This document shows positions 23,956 through 37,348 of a stretch of 64,000 nucleotides of DNA, in pieces. The notes beneath the pieces were generated by a model. That model was not told the DNA's origin and made no database searches. It worked only from the letters and a program-made list of their open reading frames with translations. The DNA is from Lobosporangium transversale (lineage: Eukaryota): contig NW_019029004.1 of assembly GCF_002105155.1 (NCBI RefSeq), forward strand, positions 310,001 through 374,000, given 5' to 3'. The position numbers were made by a program, and so were the translations under genes. Positions within the stretch are counted from its first letter, which is position 1. Every line of letters starts with the position of its first letter.

Positions 23956-25771
23956 ATGTCTAAACAATTGAGTAGTAACATTCTTCGCCATGTATTACCT
24001 TTCACAAGGCGTGCCAATAACTTGGCAAAACCTCTCGTCAGCCGCATGAACAAACACCAGCATGCATCACTACAAGTCGATGATTATGTCAAGGTAACTT
24101 TATTAAAGGCTCACAAGAACTCATTAGAAGATGTCTTGCCATTGATCAGCTCAATAGTCTAGTTAAATTATTTTTCAGTATTAACTTTACATTTTATGAC
24201 CAAAACAATAGACTCCTGACCATACCCTCTCGAAGGCATCAACAACAGCAATATCTCCAAGCGACAATAGCATCAGGACTAGCAGCAGCAATTTGGCTGC
24301 AAAAGTTACAAGATTGTCAAATGGAGTCCGTGTGGCTACGGAAGATAGCCAAGGGCACTTTGCATCATTGGGAGTATATGTAGATGCAGGATCTAGATAT
24401 GAGGATGATTCTACACGAGGCGTAAGTCATATCCTCGACCGTTTGGCGTTCAAATCAACCACAAATAGGACTAGCGAGGCTATGATGGCTGATCTAGAGA
24501 CCGCAGGAGGCAATGTGATGTGCTCGAGCTCAAGAGAATCCATCATGTATCAATCTGCGCTATTGCCCCAGGATCTACCTCGAATGCTCGCTATTATGGC
24601 AGACACCATCCGTAATCCGGCTATCAAGGAGGAAGAATTGGAGGAACAGAAGGTTTCAGCAGGGCATGAGATCCACGAGTATTGGTCGAAGCCTGAGATG
24701 ATCTTACCAGAGTTGTTGCACACAGTCGCATATAAGGATAATACGCTTGGCAATCCATTACTGTGTCCTATGGACAGTCTAGAGACAATGACCACGGATA
24801 ACATCAAGGGATATATCAAGACGTGGTATAGGCCTGAGCGGATAGTGGTCTCGGCAGTTGGTGCAGACCATGACAAGGTTGTAGATTTAACCGAAAAATT
24901 ATTTGGAGACATGAAGGCGCCAGCTTTATCAGGGGCAGGGGATCAATCAGCATCACCATTAGTGGAATCATCGAGGACCAAGAGTGGGCTTTTCAAGTCG
25001 TTGTTTGGTGCTAAAACTGAATCTTCAGCAACCATTCACACACCTGACTTTAATGCTCTTAGCCGGCAGGCTGCCAAATATACTGGGGGCACTCTTTTGA
25101 TTGAGGATGAAACTCAGCCTTTCACTCATCTCTTTGTTGGATTTGAAGGCTTGTCAATTCATGATGAAGACATTTACGCTTTGGCTACCTTGCAATTGTT
25201 GATGGGAGGTGGAAGCTCATTCTCAGCTGGTGGACCAGGCAAGGGCATGTACTCACGGCTGTTCAGCAATGTGTTGAACCACTATAACTGGATCGAGTCC
25301 TGCATGTCTTTCAACCATTGCTACTCTGATTCGGGTCTCTTTGGTATTTCTGGATCGTGCTATCCTGGGTATGAAACCATGCTATTGGAGGTTATCGTCC
25401 GAGAACTCGAGCTAACGACACGGACAGGTCGTGGTGGCATTGCACAGGGAGAGCTGGATAGAGCTAAGAATCAGCTTCGGTCGAGTGTATTGATGAATTT
25501 GGAATCCAAGATGGTGCAGTTGGAAGATTTGGGTAGGCAAGTTCAGGTTCATGGATACAAGGTGCCTGTGGAAGAACTGTGTGCCAAAATTGAAAGGGTG
25601 ACCCGCCAAGATATGGTCCGTGTAGCTCGCAGGATCTTTGGAGGTCAGGTTGGACTAACAACGGGTGGTTCAGGCGAGGTTACGATCGTAGCTCAAGGCT
25701 TGACTAAGAGCCTGGAGGGTGCTGAGAAGGTTTTAGAAAAGTATGGTCTTGGTAAATCCGCTAAATGGTGA
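23956..25771 (+). CDS. MAS2: Mitochondrial processing peptidase alpha subunit (M16)
   Basis: Basic presequence-like exon 1 (23956-24093), intron 24094-24211, then VTRLSNGVRVATE, GVSHILDRLAFKST and the glycine-rich loop GGGSSFSAGGPGKGMYSRL diagnostic of alpha-MPP. Confidence 0.95.
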
Positions 25772-26172
25772 TAAAAACAGTGGAAAAACGAAATAAGTCT
25801 TAAAAAAAAGCTTCGTGGAGCAGCTTTTGAACATCTTGTCTTTATGGTGTAAAGAGCACAAAACATATTTTAGATTCAAATGTCATTATCTCTTCCAGCA
25901 GTGGAAAGTCGAAAAAAAAAAAAAAAAAAAAAAAAGTTGGCTAAAATGCGGATATGCCTGAACATACCAATACAGATCGATTTATTACTAGAGCATAGGT
26001 TTATAATTGCCATGATATTGGAGCATTATACTTTACAGGCGGATAGTTAAAAAGCACGCCAATGATTAAGGGAATAGGTGTAATATCAATTGCGTCAAGG
26101 ATTGAGCGATACATGTTTAAAGCATGGGTCATAAAAACAACTAATCCTATTTTTGTTGAAGCAAAAGCTTTT

Positions 26173-28305
26173 TCATCCACTGGCAGAGATGTCAATATGG
26201 TTAGTGATCTTGCTATCGCAGTGGTGCCTATGATAGGCGGTATCTGTTTCAATCTTTTCATCAACATCTTTGATCGGCGTAATTTCGCGTAGTGCAGAAA
26301 TGGTGCTTACAGGACTATCGCTGAGCTCACATGCTTCTGCAGAAGCAAGATTGGTTGTGATAATGGCTGTTGAAGTTGGAGCTGTAGCTGACCCGGATGT
26401 GAGGCTTCGTGGAGTTGTAAGACTATTACGACTGTTGTTATTAGTGCTGTCCGATGTACGTGGTGGTAGCGGGTTGGTTGTAGTCGCGGAGGTAACCACA
26501 GCTAGCTGACTCTCACGTAATGTACTCTCGCGCTTTGGTTTGATTTCATCTCCAGTAATGACACCAACGCCGCAACGCGCCAAAAACATGCTCAGCCGGA
26601 TCCTGAGGAAGTCAAGGTAGAGCTTCTCAGGAGTAGTGGTGCTCGATATTATGCGCTTCGAAATCATGCGAAGAACACTGTAGAATGTGCAGACGGATGT
26701 TAACCGTGTTCTACAATAGGGGCAGATAGTCTTCGATTCGCTTGTTGTATCTGTGAGTCGATACTGGTAATAAAGAGGTGTCGTTATGCTAGTGCCACAA
26801 AGAGCACAATTATGGCTAGTATTTGTTGCTCCCGATCCGTTCTGAGTGATCGTGTTAGGGTTAGAGGGGGTTTGTCCCTTGGGGAGAGAATTGGACAAAT
26901 GATTCGAATCCTTGGTATTAGGGCTGATAGGCATTGCTTCGACGACGAGTGTATTTTCTGTCACTGCAGTCATGAGTCGTTTTCGCTGAGTCCATGACAA
27001 TAAGTTTCCTGGGTCGAAACGTAAGGTTGCTTCAACATCCTCAGATGACATTTTTTTCAAAAGGCGACAATTAGATAGAAGCGTACTTATGGGTATCACT
27101 GTATTTGACGCGGAAGAAGATGTATGTGCTGTGGTAGGGGTAGCTTTGCCCATGATATTGAATGAATAGATGGCTGTGAGGCCTATAGAAGTGGAAGGCG
27201 ACGTTGTTGATATTGTAATTTTGCCTTCTGATGACTCCGCTGTGGCTGCGGTGCCGAAAATACTCTCAATGTACGATTTAAATTCAACGAAGGATGGATC
27301 CCAAAGATGGAACCCAAGGCTGGGGATACGATCATCGTTTGAATCGTTGAGTAAATGTGAACCAGGGTGATCCTCATCTGAGAAGTAGCACGAGTCCGTT
27401 TTGGATTTGACACTGGAGGCAGAGCTGCGGTGCTGGCGTGCATCATGTTGTAGAATTTGCTGGACATACTTTCTGGTCCCTACTGCAGTCTCTGCATGCA
27501 TACCGGAGAATGAGCCTGACATGGAGTTGGAAGGTATCCAGCGGCGTGCAACAGCTGCTGTTGACATGTGATGGTGAATGGATGTTGAGGGGGACATGGT
27601 GTGGTGATAGTGCTGTTGCTGTTGCATCTGATGCTGAAGCTGTACAAATGCCAGCTCAATTGCATCCCGCTCATGTTGAACTATATCCTTTTCATCTGAT
27701 AGCTTGCTCATTCTTATCTTCAGCTCTACTAATTGGTCTCTTTCAGACTTGCAAAGATCCAAGACTTCGTCTAATTGTCTCTCTAACGACTCGATCTTTT
27801 TTTCAGCCATATATGTTGCTCGTCGCTCCTCTTTAACCATTCGATTGGCCTCTTCAAAGAGACTCCTACTGAGGTCTTCTAGCTCAGATTCTAGCTTCAT
27901 CTTGGAAGTTTCGATCTGGGATCGCCTCTGGGACTCATAAGCGAGGTTCTCAATAACGGGCTGAACATCCTTCTTTTCAATTAGCTGACCTGAAGATATC
28001 ATGTTTAATAGTTTTTCATAGTGCTTTTCATTTTCTCTGAGCATTTTCAGTTCACTTTGAGCTGCCTGGAGCTCCATTTGTGTGATGTTAAGCTGTTGAT
28101 CAAGGTCCATGCGCCCTTCGGTTGATTCGACCAGTTTATTGACTAGGGAATCATTTTCCGCAGCTAGACTTGAGTTTTGGGCCGTAAGTTTGTCAATCTG
28201 AACTTTGACGGAGGGTATGAGAGGATCATTAGATGGGCTCAGTTGCTGGCTGAGAGTCGATGACAGTTGTACTGCAGCCCCACAACTGTTGCAAACTATT
28301 GACAT
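26173..28305 (-). CDS. SEC2: Sec2/Rabin8-like Rab guanine-nucleotide exchange factor
   Basis: Sec2 motif ELEDLSRSLFEEANRMV in a coiled coil. C-terminal EDVEATLRF...CALCG...CPYCRTRLTSVCTFYSVLRMI resembles the Rab3IP/Sec2 C-terminal domain. Possible 5'-UTR intron about 28377-29223. Confidence 0.8.
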   Translation of the reverse strand: MSIVCNSCGAAVQLSSTLSQQLSPSNDPLIPSVKVQIDKLTAQNSSLAAENDSLVNKLVESTEGRMDLDQQLNITQMELQAAQSELKMLRENEKHYEKLLNMISSGQLIEKKDVQPVIENLAYESQRRSQIETSKMKLESELEDLSRSLFEEANRMVKEERRATYMAEKKIESLERQLDEVLDLCKSERDQLVELKIRMSKLSDEKDIVQHERDAIELAFVQLQHQMQQQQHYHHTMSPSTSIHHHMSTAAVARRWIPSNSMSGSFSGMHAETAVGTRKYVQQILQHDARQHRSSASSVKSKTDSCYFSDEDHPGSHLLNDSNDDRIPSLGFHLWDPSFVEFKSYIESIFGTAATAESSEGKITISTTSPSTSIGLTAIYSFNIMGKATPTTAHTSSSASNTVIPISTLLSNCRLLKKMSSEDVEATLRFDPGNLLSWTQRKRLMTAVTENTLVVEAMPISPNTKDSNHLSNSLPKGQTPSNPNTITQNGSGATNTSHNCALCGTSITTPLYYQYRLTDTTSESKTICPYCRTRLTSVCTFYSVLRMISKRIISSTTTPEKLYLDFLRIRLSMFLARCGVGVITGDEIKPKRESTLRESQLAVVTSATTTNPLPPRTSDSTNNNSRNSLTTPRSLTSGSATAPTSTAIITTNLASAEACELSDSPVSTISALREITPIKDVDEKIETDTAYHRHHCDSKITNHIDISASG

Positions 28306-28923
28306 GGTATGAGGAATTTAATTTGACAGGATACGAGAGTAACGGAAGGACAGGAGTAGAGGGTTTATCGATCAAACTTATTTTGGGGGGGTTGATGAAT
28401 TAAGATGGATAAGGGAGCTGTAGTATAACAGGATGTATAAGAGGAGCGCAAGAGTAAATGGAAGAACAATGCAGACATCACAAGGCGACGAGATTAGCAA
28501 TAAGGTGATAAAATTATTGTTTTTTTTTTTTTTTTTTTTTTTTTTTAGGCACAATGAAATGGGCAACGCATAGGTAGTGAGAAAGAAAGAGGAAAAGGAG
28601 AAGAAAGACAGGGTTAGTATATACACTGATACATTCGGGCTCACGGCGAACAAAGTGTGTGGGTATGCGCGTTGTTCATTTTTCATAATTTTCATGTGTT
28701 TGATTAATTGACCATTCCAACCCAAAATAACGAAGAAAAAAATGCGAGCATGCACGAAGATCAGATGGATAGTCAGAAGTATGCAAAGGCATAGGTTATT
28801 GTGATCCGGACGGGACAAAGAAGATTGTTTACTGAACAAGGGAAGAGGATACTTTTGTTTTTTAGTGCGGGAACGTTGCTCAATGTAATAAAGAAAGTAA
28901 CTGTGATGAATAGCAGGCATTGG

Positions 28924-28953
28924 CCAAGCCAAGCCAAACCAAGCCAAGCCAAG
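28924..28953 (+). repeat. (CCAAG)n pentanucleotide microsatellite
   Basis: ccaagccaagccaaaccaagccaagccaag. Confidence 0.85.
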
Positions 28954-29272
28954 GGATCAAACAAGAATGATGAAGAAAAAGGGGAGCGGACCAAAATAGA
29001 AGGCAAATTAGATCTGACAAATAAAGTAACCAAACAGTTCAAATGACGACTATCAGCACAACCGTCGAATTAGCAAACTGCTTCCGAGATGTAAGAGGAA
29101 TAAAGAATAAGACAACGATCAAGACAAGAAAAAGAATTGATATATAAGAGAGAAAGGGACAAAGAGTGCGTGTGAAAGTGGGATAAAAAAAAAAAAAAAA
29201 AGGAAAAGGAGAAGAGTACTTACCTAGTGTGTGTAAAAATGCGAGGGAAGCTGGTAATTGCGCGAGAGGGAG

Positions 29273-29340
29273 AATGATTAATGAAAATGAAAATGATTAA
29301 TGAAAATGAAAATGAAAATGAAGAAATGGAAATGAATGAG
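29273..29340 (+). repeat. Imperfect (AATGAA)n tandem repeat
   Basis: aatgattaatgaaaatgaaaatgattaatgaaaatgaaaatgaaaatgaagaaatggaaatg. Confidence 0.75.
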
Positions 29341-30420
29341 TAAAAGTGATAGGTCAAGAAGAAGAAAAAGGCAACGAGAAGTTTTATGGGACCTCAGAGC
29401 GAGAGGGGAGAAATAAGCTCGAGGGCAAAGTGATGAGGCGATGATGACGGAGCAGGTTATTTATTTTTAATTTACTCTCGAACCAAAATTTATGTTGAAC
29501 CAGCACCGGTATATTCTTATCATTATTATAAATCACAGACCATGGCCACATTGACTGCTCTTATTTTAATGCATTAATGAACAATGGCCTGTAGCAAAAC
29601 TCAATGCAAATGATTTGGGGCGCCCTGCAAAACTTTGTTTTGGATAAAATTGATTGCATTAAGGCACCACACATGTCAAAAGAGATCAGGAAAAGTGCTC
29701 ACTTGCTTCTTTTCACACCGCGATCCATCCCCTCTGTTTATTATAGGATAGTAAATATAAACACTGTGGCTGTTCTTGCCAGTTTACTTGCTACAACAGC
29801 CTGACTTGTGACTCTCATTTGATCACCATTGACAGGTTGACTACAGCATTGTCCCATTGCCCCTGGACTCCTTTGGCTGTTCGTGCCAATAAAACCCGTA
29901 TTCTTTTTTGGTCACGCGTCGAATTTTAAGATGATGAGAACAAGGACATATTCAGATAATCACTTTACGAAGCTACATGTCTCAAAAAAGTAGACAAGGA
30001 ATGAGATAATCTTGCAGCAAGGAGATATTAGAACTCGGAAACTATTGCAACAGTTTTTAATAAAGACATAAAGACCCTAACTCTGTAGGTACCGCTTAAA
30101 AAAGTACCACAAGTTTATTGAGCCACATCTCATACAAGAGATTTGTGCACATCACGCTTCAGGTTAAACATCTCTGGATACACCAGATTGGTTGGCGAGA
30201 AAATATCAATGGGGAATATTAGGAAATGCATGTGGTACAAAACATCTCGGCCAAGTTCATGATGCTGCAATGGATCCAATCACCTGACCACGACTGCTCC
30301 AAATGTAGTGCTTGCTGTAGAACAAAAGCGTGAATGCATTCCCTTACGCGCGCGTCTATTCTTGCATGCAATTTTCTTTGCAATTCTAATCTTTTTCGAG
30401 CTTCCAAACATATTGTAACA

Positions 30421-33400
30421 ATGAACATTGTTTTTACTGCCCGCAAATCCAGTTCAGTCTTTCAAGCGATTAAAGGCAATTTCACGGGGCCAGCTGATCT
30501 AAATCTTATTCTTGGGTACGTAAACAGGAATCTCGCACAAAGGAAGCGCTTATTTTTTTATTGCTCAAAATGAAAAAGGATGGCTGGCCCTCCCTAACCT
30601 ATCCTCTGATCTTTCTACGCCGGTTTTGGTTCCATATCCTCTTCATAAAAATGAATATCACTGCTTGAAACAAATAAATAACCAAACTATGCAGTAAGGG
30701 GACTCGGATCGAAGTCTATCTTATTGGGCGCGATGGCCTTAAACTGGTCAAGGGATTTGGCATTTATGGAGAAATTGCCTGTCTTGAGCCCTTTCGGCCT
30801 CCGGTAAGCAGTGCGGAGGAAAATCTCCTGCTTCACGGAGGCTTTTCCGTCCTGAATGGACTGGGATAAAGTGGTTTACAAAAATTCAATATGCTAATTT
30901 TATTCCTATTTGGCACGTCGCTTTTGTTGGTTTTGCGGATGTCATCAGGGCCATACTACAGACATGTTGCTAGTGACGACAACACACTATGATATGCTGA
31001 CGCTATCACTGCGGCTCACATCTGCAGATGGATCAGCTGATGCTTTAGCTAATAGTGCTTCGCAGTTCAGCATTATTTCAGATACGCTTACAGACCTTCG
31101 AGATCGACATAATCGACCCTCGGATGCAGGCCAGATACTTATTATTGACCCCTCGTCATTGGTCATTTGCTGTCATCTCTACCAAGGATTGCTAAAATGT
31201 ATCACTGTCAATCCCAATGCTCCAATTCCTACGGGATCAGGCGGACAAAGTATGCCGCAGCCTGGTCGATCTGCACCTTCGCATAACTCAAGGTCTTCTA
31301 GAATGGGAGATAAGACGTTTGTAGAGCAGTTCAACCTCCCAATCGAAGAAGTGACCATCATGTCTATGGTATTTTTACATGGCTGTTTGCGGCCTACACT
31401 TGTAGTCCTTTACCAGGATAAGAAAGAAATCCGACACGTAAAAACATATGAGCTTGACATAAAATCCAAAGAGAAATCAGAGACTGGCTGGAGCCAGAGT
31501 GGTCTGACTGGAGCACATACTTGCATTGCGGTGCCATCGCCTATTGGTAAAGATACTCTCTCAATTTACAATATATGACGAAGGGATTCAGAAAGTTCTA
31601 ATGCATTCATTATCTTAAACATATAGGTGGTTTTCTTGTCGTGGGAGAATACTCCATCTCTTATTTCAATCCTGCGCAGCGCACTTCGCCTCGCTCTATC
31701 ACAATTAATCCTACTATTATGCAATGCTACAACCGTGTGGATGATCAGGGGAACCGCTATTTGTTAGGGGACATTAAGGGGCAGCTTTATATCTTGGTGC
31801 TAGTTTTGGGCGACGTGCCAGGCCCCTCAACGTCCTCGTCTTCCGCACAACCAATTCAGGCATTTCAAGTCGAAGATCTCAAACTTGAAGTACTCGGAAC
31901 GACCTCGATTCCCGAGGCAATCGTATACCTTGACAATGATCATGCTTTCATTGGATCGCATCTTGGGGATTCGCAATTGGTCCTTCTACATACCGAAGCT
32001 GATCAGAACGGTGAATACCTAGAAGTGATGGAGACATTTACAAACATTGCGCCAGTCTCTGACTTTGAGGTAGTAGATTTAGAGGGTCAGGGGCAAGGCC
32101 AGATTGTCGCATGCTCTGGTGGATTCAAGGATGGCTCACTTAGGATTGTACGAAATGGAGTCGGGATAAATGACCGTGCTGTGCTAGAGCTCCCTGGCAT
32201 AAAAGGCCTTTGGTCACTGAAACAGACTCTTGATTCGGCAACAGAGGATACATTGGTTATGAGTTTCTTGAATTCAACGCGTGTCGTTCGCGTGACATCA
32301 GATGCAGAAATGGTTCAGGAAGAGATAGAAGGGCTCTTGAACGACTCACAAACCTTGTTAAGTGGCAACGTCCAGGCCAACTTGATCCTACAAGTGACGC
32401 CACGGTCAGTTCGCTTAATTGCGCCTCCTCAACATATTCAAGCAGGGTTAATCGCTGAGTGGAAGCCTCCGAGTGGTCAGCTCATTTCTGTAGCATCCAT
32501 GAATCCAATGCAATGTGTGGTGGCTGTTGCCGGTCAGACACTTGTGTATTTGGATATTGGCTCTGAAGAGATTCGTGAAGTTGGGTACGGGGAGTGCTCT
32601 TTGAGCTTTCTTATTTCATATTTTGAGTTAAAGCGTGATCTGCAAGGACATGACGGATATCTTTAACACTAATTTCTTTGTCGATGATGTATGATTTAGG
32701 CGCACCACATTCGAAAACGAGATTGCTTGTATTGATATTACTCCAATCGATGTTGGTAAAAACAACGCATCGCAAGTATGTGCTGTCGGGCTGTGGACGA
32801 ATGTCCAGGTTCTCTTGGTTCGTCTGCCTACAATGGAGACCCTTGCCAGCCATAGCCTACAGGGCGATATCTTACCCCGATCCCTATTATTATCTAGATT
32901 TGAAGGTGTTCCATATCTGTTGGTAGGTCTCGGTAAGTATTTGGAATAGACGTATGGATGAGTGATGCAGCTACATTTTACTTACACTCATCAACGATAG
33001 AAAGATGTCTGACAGTCTACTAACTTTTTTGATTACTTTGATATTGTAGGCGATGGTCAACTGCTGACGTTCATGCTCGATGCGACGTTGGCGACATTCC
33101 CCACTCCAAAGCGCATTTCGCTTGGAACACAGCCCATCATGCTCCGCCAGATCTCATCAAGCAATGAAGGAGGACCTGGCGAATCTGAAACTAAAACCAA
33201 TCATGTTTTTGCCTGTAGCGACCGTCCTACTGTGATTTACAGCTCAAATCGCAAGCTTCTGCTCTCGAATGTGAATCTAAAGCAAGTAGCCACAGTTGCG
33301 TCATTCAATTGTGAAGCTTTCCCTAATGCCTTGGCAATCGTTGGCTCGGATGAGGAAGGTGTTCTCAGGATCGGAAGTATCGATGAATTCCAGGAACTCC

Positions 33401-34937
33401 ATGTACAAACATTCCCAATCCACGAGAGTCCTCGTAGAATCGCCCATCTGGCATCAAAAAAATGCTTCGGTGTGCTGACCATTAAAGTTGTGAGCGAGGA
33501 GCCGGAAGCAATGGGTAGCACCAAGATGGTGAGCTGTGATGAGGTAGAAGTTGGGTTTGTGCGGCTTTATGATGACCAAACTTTTGAACGTAAGCTGTAT
33601 TGAAATGATGAGTAGTAAAGCGAGGCATAACGCGACTATTTTCAGAAGCTTTTTAAGTACAGCTCGAGTCGCATGAAATACTGATGTACTTTTTCAATAT
33701 TTATTTTCATCACAAGTCCTCCATACCTATGAACTTCAGAAGGAAGAGGCGCCACAATGTATTTCAGCTGTGACATTTGCAGGCGATACAGCCAGCTATA
33801 TTGCAGTTGGAACTGCAGACTCTGTATCCGAAGGTATTCCTACTAAGGGTCGTATCTTGATCTTGGAAGTCACTGAATCTAATCAGCTGAAATTGATTAC
33901 AGAGCTGGAAGTCAAGGGTGGCGTTATGTCGATCAAAGGGTTCCAGGGCAAGCTGCTTTGCGGTGTAAACGAGCAGCTTCGTCTTTATTCTTGGACACCC
34001 TCTGATAAACTGACTTCGACAGCAGAATCCAACTTGGCATTGGAATGTTCTCGTCGCGGGTTCATTTTGATTCTCTCTCTGGCGATTCATGGTGAATTCA
34101 TTGTGGCTATGGATTTGATCCGGAGTATGACGCTCCTTCGATACACGGAAAAAAAGATTGAAGAGATTGCAAGAGATGCCTGTATGGATATGTTGACATC
34201 CTTGGAGGCCATTGACGACGAGACTTTCATCGCGGCTGATAATGCCTCGAGTATATTTACACTGGTCAAGAACACAGAAACGACGAGTGAAGATGAAGCT
34301 AAGCGGCTACAGTGGTCAGGAGGATGGCACTTAGGCGACCAAATCAATAGGTTCAAACACGGTAAGTCTGTGATATGTTCGCTATGAAATAGGGTTGGAA
34401 TTATTAATGCGTAAACGAGTGCATTAAACGAACCCGTAACCCCTATGTGTAATCAGGATCATTGGTCATGACTAGCCAGGAGGGTGATGCACCAGCAGTT
34501 CCTAAGCTTTTATTTGCGACTGTTAGTGGTGCGATCGGTGTTGTGGCATCACTTACACCAGAGAAGTATGAACTACTTCATCAATTGGAGATCAATATGG
34601 CTAGAGTTATTAAAGGCGTTGGCGGTCTCGATCATGCTGCGTAAGTCTTTTTTTTTTTTTTTTTTTTTTTTTTTTGGTAAATGGTCCAAATTATGATTTT
34701 GACCAACGCAATGACTCTTATAATTCCTTTGTTGACAATAGCTGGAGGCAATTTCGAAGCGATACGAGGACTTTACCATCTACAAACTTCGTAGATGGCG
34801 ACTTGATCGAATTATTTCTAGATTTGAGTCAAGATGAGATCAATGACGTCCTTACAGGAACAGAGGCGAGTGGACCAGTTAATGCCTCTGTGGAAGAGGT
34901 CACCAAGCTTGTCGAAGAGCTCTCGCGCCTTCATTAA
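30421..34937 (+). CDS. DDB1: DNA damage-binding protein 1 (CUL4 adaptor), multi-exon
   Basis: MNIVFTARKSSSV...GNFTGPADLNLILG, YLDNDHAFIGSHLGDSQLV, DLEGQGQGQIVACSGGFKDGSLRIVRNGVGI, LPGIKGLWSL, HVFACSDRPTVIYSSNRKL, FVDGDLIELFLDL...VEELSRLH*. Confidence 0.96.
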
Positions 34938-35073
34938 TCAGTAGCAGCCTCATCAGTATAGAAAGTTTGTCCCATTGTCAACTATTGATGAATATAATAT
35001 ACAAGAACGAATGAAGCAATAAAATGGACGTTGTATTTTATATTTATATTCTCTATCTGACTGTCTGTGTCAT

Positions 35074-35796
35074 CTAAGAGGTGGCGTAGTAACGAAACGC
35101 ACCCGTGTCTCTGATTTTGAAACCTAAGGATTCATATAAGGCTCTAGCTTGGACTCGATCGGGCTTACTAGTCAGATCAACTATTTTGCAATGCCGCGCA
35201 AATACAGCCTCATCTAGAGCACGTTTCATGAGACCCCGACCTACGCCTTTCCCACGACAGATGTCAGAAACGACAAGATCCTCGATATGCGCGCGATTAT
35301 TCATCAATAATTTTAGCGTTACCAACGTCAGACATCCCACGATTTTTGTGATCTTGAACGAAACCTTGGGCGACCCTGATGTTTTTTCGAAAGCTGTAGT
35401 TGTAGGCATAGTGGTAACATTGCTATTAGTTGTTATTTCCTCTTGGAGTGTTATTTGATCAGCATTTATTTCCGGTTGGCGCAAGGTTATTGTCTCCAAG
35501 GTTTCTGTTGCAAGAAGCAATGTAAATGTATCCTCGTTGGTGAGACATGCTTCGATCCTGTCAATATCAGGCCCTGCCGTGCAGGAGGTAGAGAGCTGTG
35601 GAAAGAGTTCAGAGAGCGCCTTGACGACCAAAGTTTTGTCGAGGGGCAGATAAAGCCCACGAGGTGAGGCTCCGTTTCTGGTGCAGACGAGTCGCCAAAT
35701 AATAATGGAAGTAGATGTATCATTGTGGAGAGGTGATAGAGAGAGCTCAGTACCATCAATATATTGAGGGTCAACGACAAAGAATGTGGTAGCCAT
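35074..35796 (-). CDS. GNAT-family N-acetyltransferase, intronless
   Basis: 240-aa ORF with acetyl-CoA motif A (HIEDLVVSDICRGKGVGRGLM) and motif B (VDLTSKPDRVQARALYESLGF). Confidence 0.88.
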   Translation of the reverse strand: MATTFFVVDPQYIDGTELSLSPLHNDTSTSIIIWRLVCTRNGASPRGLYLPLDKTLVVKALSELFPQLSTSCTAGPDIDRIEACLTNEDTFTLLLATETLETITLRQPEINADQITLQEEITTNSNVTTMPTTTAFEKTSGSPKVSFKITKIVGCLTLVTLKLLMNNRAHIEDLVVSDICRGKGVGRGLMKRALDEAVFARHCKIVDLTSKPDRVQARALYESLGFKIRDTGAFRYYATS

Positions 35797-36561
35797 CAGA
35801 AATTTGCGGAATTAATGAGATGATGAAGACGATGCAACATTAAGGTGACGTATATCTAAGTAAACGACAAAAGTAGATAGATATTATAATGTATTGTAAT
35901 GTTGCATGGAAGGACATGTATCCGTTGAACTGTGCGACAAATGCGAATGCATTTGAACAGAAATAGGAAAAAAAAAACCCTAGCTCTGTTCCATTTAAAA
36001 ATTAAATGTTTGGATAATAAAATTAATCATCAACTTGGCATACTTTTTCCTGTCAGGAATCGTTTTAAGGGTCCACCACTTCATACCCAGACCAGGCACT
36101 GTTGGATCTCCCAGAATCTGGGGGATCACATTATGGAACTAGACCTGTTCATGATAGTTTAAAAAAAAAAAGAGTAACACAGACGAGCGTTCCCGTCAGC
36201 CTGTCATATTGCTGACAGTGTGACAAAAAATGGGGAAACAAACTCTTTCTCTTTCTTCCCTCTCTTTCTCTCTCCCCTTTCTCTTTCTATCTCTCTCTCC
36301 TCTCTTCTCTCTTTTCTCTCTTGTCTTTTTTTTTTTTTTTGTCTTTCATTTTGCATTTCCATTTTCACATTTCAATTCTCAAATAGAACTTTTTGCACTA
36401 GCTCACCCATGTGTTGTGCCCGTCAACATTTTTCCTCCTTTTGCATGTACAATTCTTACCGTCTTTTGTAAATTTTGAACCCCACCAAAAAAAAAAAAAA
36501 AAAAAAACACCCTCTCTTCTTTATTTCCTTCTAACCTTGCACACACAATATAAAAGCCTCA

Positions 36562-37313
36562 ATGGAAGTCTCTACCCCACTTCTGCCACAGTCTATAGCC
36601 ACACTCATCTCAACCGTCAGTCTAGGTGCCCGTGTATCGCTTCGAACAGCAGCCATCATAGTTGAGGCAAGTTGGCTGTGTGCTTATTAAATAGGAAAAA
36701 AAGAAAAAAAAAGAAAATTTTTAGCCTGAGTGCCACCAAAAAAAAGGGACGGTCCACAGACCAAGTGGGATCTGAAACTGGCACCACTCTTCCTACTCAG
36801 ATTAAATCCCAAAAGGAAGTGGCAAAAGACAGACCCTGAATATGTATCTCTCTGAAGAGAAATTGAACATACTCACGTTATCAACATAAAAAAAAGTTTT
36901 ATGCTTAACTGGAGGTTCTGCTATCAACCATTATATCAATAGGCTCTCTTGGAGACACTACAGCATGGAACAAGCGCCACGCTTGGCATCAGTCGGAGAT
37001 CACTCCTCGCAGCGGTGTCAACTGCAAAGATCTTAAATATCCTCAAGGGCAATACTGGTCCAAAGTAAGCTAGAGAAACATGTCAGCTACTTTACTGCTT
37101 AAGCTTTTCTATTAGCCATTATTAAATGATCATTGATCATCATACCTATTTTTTTTTGGGCTCATGTTTCAGTGATGCGTTTACTATGCTCCTAGACAAA
37201 TACACATCATTGGGCGTGTATGTGATCCACAACTCTTTTACTTTAGCAGAATTGTTTTCAATCTCGGGCTTACAACTCGTATCCAATACATTAACTGCCG
37301 GTATTCGCGTAAG

Positions 37314-37348
<35 letters not shown>

